This document shows positions 59,953 to 64,000 of a stretch of DNA of 64,000 nt, one piece after another (position 1 is the first letter of the stretch; each line of letters begins with the position of its first letter). The stretch comes from an uncultured delta proteobacterium (GTDB taxonomy: Bacteria; Desulfobacterota; Binatia; Binatales; Binataceae), in NCBI GenBank assembly GCA_963842085.1, contig CAWJET010000002.1:800001-864000 (forward strand), read 5' to 3'. A program made the position numbers and the translations under genes. The notes beneath the pieces were generated by a model. It was not told where the DNA came from and ran no database searches. It saw only the letters and a program-made list of their open reading frames with translations.

Positions 59953-60546
59953 CTACGACTTTTGCTCGGCTTCCGCGCGAATTGCTGCCGCTATGTCGGC
60001 GCTCAGCTTCGTCAGCGCCTGGCTGTGCGCGGCCGCGAGCGCATCGAAGCCCTGACCCTGCACGGGCTCGCGCGCGACGGTGCGGCCTGAGCGGGTCACT
60101 CCGTCCGCGGTCTTGCGCACCGTCCACACTGCCTCGACCGTCGCGGCCTGGCCCTGAACCGACTCGAAGCGCTGGACGTCGATCGTCACCCTGTAGTCCG
60201 GCGTGAAGTTAGCTAGCTGGGCCGTGGCCACGTCCGGCGTGCCGAGCAGCACGACCAGGTCGCCGGCGACGGCGCGCGCGACGGCGTCGTTCAGCGGTGC
60301 GACCCATCGGTTGAACTCGTCAACCTCGACGCGGTTCGGCGCGACCTGGACCACGAACTCCGGCTGATCGACCGAAGCAGGTATCGTGACCGGCCCGACC
60401 GCTACGGTCGCAGGCGTGGACGGGGTGCCGTCGGCGGTGGCGGTGGAGGCCAGCGAGTAGAAGCGCGACGGGGCCGTGCTGCATCCGGCGGCCAACGCTG
60501 CCGCCAACGCGATCGAGATCAGTTGCGTGATACGCCGTGCCGTCAC
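59953..60546 (-). CDS. pqiC: PqiC lipoprotein
   Basis: AAGC lipobox, RWVAPL, DVQRFES; downstream of pqiB. Confidence 0.85.
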   Translation of the reverse strand: MTARRITQLISIALAAALAAGCSTAPSRFYSLASTATADGTPSTPATVAVGPVTIPASVDQPEFVVQVAPNRVEVDEFNRWVAPLNDAVARAVAGDLVVLLGTPDVATAQLANFTPDYRVTIDVQRFESVQGQAATVEAVWTVRKTADGVTRSGRTVAREPVQGQGFDALAAAHSQALTKLSADIAAAIRAEAEQKS

Positions 60547-62132
60547 TTCGCTTCTCCCTTCTTGCCGCGAACGAGCGCCTCGGGATGGCGCTCGAGGTAG
60601 TCTGCCAGCACGCGCAACGACCTTGCCGCGCGGCTCACCTCCTGCAGCGTGCTGCTGAGCTGCTGCACCTGGACGGAATTCGGTCCGGTGAGATCTCTGG
60701 TGTTATCGAGAGTGCCTTGCGCGCTGGTCATCGTGCCCTGCGCAATCACCAGCGTCTTATCCAGCTGGTCGATCGCCTTGTGCAGGTCGTCGCCAATCTC
60801 TTTGAAGTCAATCTGGTCAAGTTTCTTGACGATGTTCTCGACGGTGGCCTCGGTCGCCTCCAACTGGCCCGAAGTGGTCGGCAGTTCCACTGGCTTCTGC
60901 GACCAGTCTACCCTCGCCGGCGGAGCGCCGGGGAAAAAGTCGAGCGCCACGTAGAGGGAGCCGGTTAGCAGGTTACCCGACCGCAGTTGCGCCCTGACAC
61001 CGTGGGCGACCAGCGCGTCAACCAGCTTCCTGCGCATGGCCTCGAGATCGGCCCCGGATTCTATGTCCAGAAACTTGACGCCGAGTCTCTGCGGGTCGAG
61101 GTGAATGGTTACCGGCACCGAGAACTGAAAGGTCTTCAGATCGACTTGCGCGCGAATGTCGGCAACTTCGCCCACAGGAATACCGCGAAATTCAACCGGC
61201 GCTCCGGGCGCCAACCCCCGCACCGAGCCCTTGAAGATAAGTTGATAGGTCTGAGGATTGCGCGGCGGCGGGTTGAAAGCCTGAGTCCGATTGGCGAACA
61301 GGGTAAAGACTGTGTTCTCCTCGGCCGGCGGTAAGACCGGGTCGGTTGCGGCCGTCTCGAACGCGATACCACCTATAAGTATCGACAGGACCGACTGGGT
61401 CTGCACGCTAAGGCCGCTCGCCGAGAGCGACACGTCGAACCCGCTCGCATGCCAGAAACGGGTGTCATGATTGACGTACTGGTCATAGGGCGTCTGCACG
61501 AACACCTTGACGGTCAGGTTCTTGCCGTCCTTGTCGAGCGCGTATGACGCAACCTGGCCGACCTGCAGCCGCCGAAAGTAAATAGGCGTACCGGTGTCCA
61601 GCGAGCCCAAGTCAGGAGTTTTCAAGATGAAAAAGCGGCCGGGAGTTTCGCCGGTTATCACCGGCGGTATCTCGAGCGCGACAAAGTCGCGCCTGTCTAT
61701 CTTCGAAGTTCCTATCTCCACGCCTATATAGGCGCCCGAGATCAGCGTGCCCAGCCCGGTCACGTTGGCGCCCGATATTCGCGGCCGCACTACCCAGAAC
61801 TTCGTGTCATCGACCAGAAAGGCTTCCGTCTTGGGCGCCATCTGCGCCGTCAGGATCACGGTCTCGTGATCGCCCGACAGTTCTATGGTCGTGACCGTGC
61901 CGATATCGACTCCGTTGTAATGAATCTTGGTCTTGCCTGCCTCCAGTCCTTCGGCTGATTTCATGACGATCGTTATCTTGGGCCCTTCGCTCATGATCCT
62001 CGTCACTGCCACCCACACGCCGACAACCGCCGCCACGATCGGTATGAACCAGACCAGCGAGAGCCGCGTGCGTTTCCTGGGCACAGCCCTCGACTGAGGG
62101 ACTGATGGGGTTGGTGGATCGCGATCAGGCAT
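60543..62132 (-). CDS. pqiB: PqiB multi-MCE protein
   Basis: AEGLEAGKT, FWVVRPRI, GLGTLISG, three MCE repeats, LERHPEAL. Confidence 0.92.
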   Translation of the reverse strand: MPDRDPPTPSVPQSRAVPRKRTRLSLVWFIPIVAAVVGVWVAVTRIMSEGPKITIVMKSAEGLEAGKTKIHYNGVDIGTVTTIELSGDHETVILTAQMAPKTEAFLVDDTKFWVVRPRISGANVTGLGTLISGAYIGVEIGTSKIDRRDFVALEIPPVITGETPGRFFILKTPDLGSLDTGTPIYFRRLQVGQVASYALDKDGKNLTVKVFVQTPYDQYVNHDTRFWHASGFDVSLSASGLSVQTQSVLSILIGGIAFETAATDPVLPPAEENTVFTLFANRTQAFNPPPRNPQTYQLIFKGSVRGLAPGAPVEFRGIPVGEVADIRAQVDLKTFQFSVPVTIHLDPQRLGVKFLDIESGADLEAMRRKLVDALVAHGVRAQLRSGNLLTGSLYVALDFFPGAPPARVDWSQKPVELPTTSGQLEATEATVENIVKKLDQIDFKEIGDDLHKAIDQLDKTLVIAQGTMTSAQGTLDNTRDLTGPNSVQVQQLSSTLQEVSRAARSLRVLADYLERHPEALVRGKKGEAK

Positions 62133-62781
62133 ATGAAACCTCTTTCGAATCTGCCTCTTTCGAACTTACCGAATCCCAGATCAGCCGCGGATCGAAGGCC
62201 TCGACCGCGAGCATCGTAAACACCACCACCGCGGCAAAAAAGATCAAGCCGGGTCCCGGCTCCACCGACATGAGTGGCTGAAGCTGAATCAGGGCGGCGG
62301 TAAAGGTATCGACGAATACGTCGACCATCGACCAGCGTCCGATGAACTCGACCATCCGATACAGTTGCACCCGTTGCTCGTTGTTCGCGACCGAGCCCCG
62401 CTGCGCGGTGACAAGCAGGTAGGCGAGCGCCAGGATCTTCGCGCTGGGAATGATGATGCTCGCGACGAGCACGATGATCGACAGCGGCCATCCGGTCGGC
62501 GACCACAGCAGCACCACACCTTGCAGGATGGTGTCAGACTCGGCGCCGGCGGCCGTCGTCGTTGTCAACACGGGAAGCACGTTGGCGGGGATGTAACAGA
62601 TCGCCGCGGCAATCAGGTATGCCCACGTGCGCTGGAAGCTGCCGGGCTTGCGGAAAGCGAGCTCCTCGCCACATCGCGGACAGCGTCCTTCTTCCTCGCT
62701 GCGTGCCGGACGCGAGAGCAGGCCGCAGCCTTCGCAGCTCTGCAGGCCTCGTTGCATTGCGGTCATTGCGGCCGGATTCAT
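62125..62781 (-). CDS. pqiA: PqiA membrane protein (second half-gene)
   Basis: CxxC..CPRC, YIPANVLP, GRWSMVDVF. Confidence 0.9.
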   Translation of the reverse strand: MNPAAMTAMQRGLQSCEGCGLLSRPARSEEEGRCPRCGEELAFRKPGSFQRTWAYLIAAAICYIPANVLPVLTTTTAAGAESDTILQGVVLLWSPTGWPLSIIVLVASIIIPSAKILALAYLLVTAQRGSVANNEQRVQLYRMVEFIGRWSMVDVFVDTFTAALIQLQPLMSVEPGPGLIFFAAVVVFTMLAVEAFDPRLIWDSVSSKEADSKEVSYA

Positions 62782-63452
62782 GACGTTCCCTCCGCCAGAC
62801 TGTCGCCGGCGGCATCGCGTTGCGCTTCGTCCGTCCACTGGATCCGCTCCCACACTTCCCGGGAGTCGAAGCTGGCTGACATCCCGGCCAGGACGAAGAC
62901 CAGCACCCAGAGCACAAACAGCGCCATTCCCGGAATCACCGTCGCGTAATCCGCAATCTTGACCAATGCGACCAGCACGCCGACCATCATGACCTCGATC
63001 ATGCTCCAGATGCGGGTCGTCGGGTGATAGCGTAGCAGCATCCCCACCCAACTCGGCGGCCGCTCGCGCATCGCTCCGAGCACGATCGCCAGCATCAAGC
63101 CGATCTGGAGCGCCGGCGCGATAACCGCTGTAAACAGGACCAGCACACCGACAATCTTCTGATCGTTGTTCCACAGGTGCATCGCGCCGCCGATCACCGT
63201 GGTGGAAGCATCGCGCCCGACAATCGTGAGACCAAGCATAGGTACTGAGTTCGCCACGATGTACAGCAATGCGGCCGCGAGCGTCAGTGCTAGCGTCCGG
63301 TTGAGCGAGTCCTCACGATGGCGCCATAGCTCCTTGTTGCATCGCGGGCAGCGTGCGGAGGCACCCGGCGGAAGGTCCGGAATGCGCTGCAGCAAATCGC
63401 AATGCAGGCAGGCGATGAGCGAGGTCTCCCCGACCGGTTGGTTATAACCCAT
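62778..63452 (-). CDS. pqiA: PqiA membrane protein (first half-gene)
   Basis: CLHCDLL..CPRC, WSMIEV. Confidence 0.9.
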   Translation of the reverse strand: MGYNQPVGETSLIACLHCDLLQRIPDLPPGASARCPRCNKELWRHREDSLNRTLALTLAAALLYIVANSVPMLGLTIVGRDASTTVIGGAMHLWNNDQKIVGVLVLFTAVIAPALQIGLMLAIVLGAMRERPPSWVGMLLRYHPTTRIWSMIEVMMVGVLVALVKIADYATVIPGMALFVLWVLVFVLAGMSASFDSREVWERIQWTDEAQRDAAGDSLAEGTS

Positions 63453-63462
63453 TGCGCGATTG

Positions 63463-63972
63463 CTACTGCTTGAGGTTTCCCGGCCTTTCGGCGACGCTCA
63501 AATATCGAACATTCATAATGCACCAGGCGGTCATGGCAGTATGCAACACGACGGCGGGCCACAAGGCTACGCCGACGCGCCCCGAGCCGATACCGACGGC
63601 CCCAAGGATAAATACTACGCCGAGATTATACAGCACCATCGCCGCCACCAGTCCTCTCGCCGCGCGGCTTTGCGTGTCGCCGCGCGCAAGCCAGAATACT
63701 GCTCCCAGCGTAAGCAGCGCGGCTCCGCCGACGCGCGCCACGGTCACGGCGTCAGACGTCTCCAGCGGGGCGCCGAGCAGGAGTTCCACTGCTGTCGATG
63801 GAAAACTCAACAGCGCGAGGCCGGCTCCTGCTTCGATCACCGCGGTCGCGGTCTGCAGGGCGTCCACCGACGATGCACTGCCGAACAGGACACCCGCGGG
63901 TTTCATGACCAGTATTGCCTGCCTAGTCCCTTGCCCTCGCCAGTCGCTCCGCAATGGCCTTTCGATCCGCAT
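63463..63972 (-). CDS. hypothetical membrane protein
   Basis: Four hydrophobic segments; start uncertain (possibly 63906). Confidence 0.6.
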   Translation of the reverse strand: MRIERPLRSDWRGQGTRQAILVMKPAGVLFGSASSVDALQTATAVIEAGAGLALLSFPSTAVELLLGAPLETSDAVTVARVGGAALLTLGAVFWLARGDTQSRAARGLVAAMVLYNLGVVFILGAVGIGSGRVGVALWPAVVLHTAMTAWCIMNVRYLSVAERPGNLKQ

Positions 63973-64000
63973 CCGTCAATTGCTCCGGCCCGAGGTTGAA

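Noticed and set aside
62125-63452. Two short pqiA genes as a broken gene
   Set aside because: Each has its own Cys motif and start, with a 4-bp ATGA overlap; split pqiA pairs are a normal arrangement

Overview
GC-rich bacterial chromosomal window from a diderm organism. The gene content is reminiscent of Candidatus Binatota/Deltaproteobacteria-like lineages, which is an inference only. The left ~17.5 kb is a decayed plasticity/defence zone. It holds three IS elements, a PIN toxin-antitoxin pair, a broken DISARM drmD helicase, several gene remnants, a truncated adenylate cyclase-STAND ATPase and the right half of a satellite-like integrative element (Toprim primase, excisionase, CGNR zinc-finger gene, tyrosine integrase). 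That element ends at a 5'-half-only tRNA-Arg(UCG) cut at the anticodon loop. The rest looks like stable chromosome: higBA; a TetR-HlyD-ABC efflux operon; two-component genes; a DksA homologue with an acidic/AT-hook tail; CYTH-CYTH-CBS-antiporter; aqpZ; an aromatic catabolic cluster (HpaB-like monooxygenase, NahC-like extradiol dioxygenase, ACAD pair); and a large envelope cluster (FixLJ-like system, MlaEFD+PqiC-like, DUF3300/DUF2950, pqiAABC) interrupted by a MocR regulon. No CRISPR array, rRNA or complete tRNA was seen. All family calls come from motif recognition by eye, not database searches.
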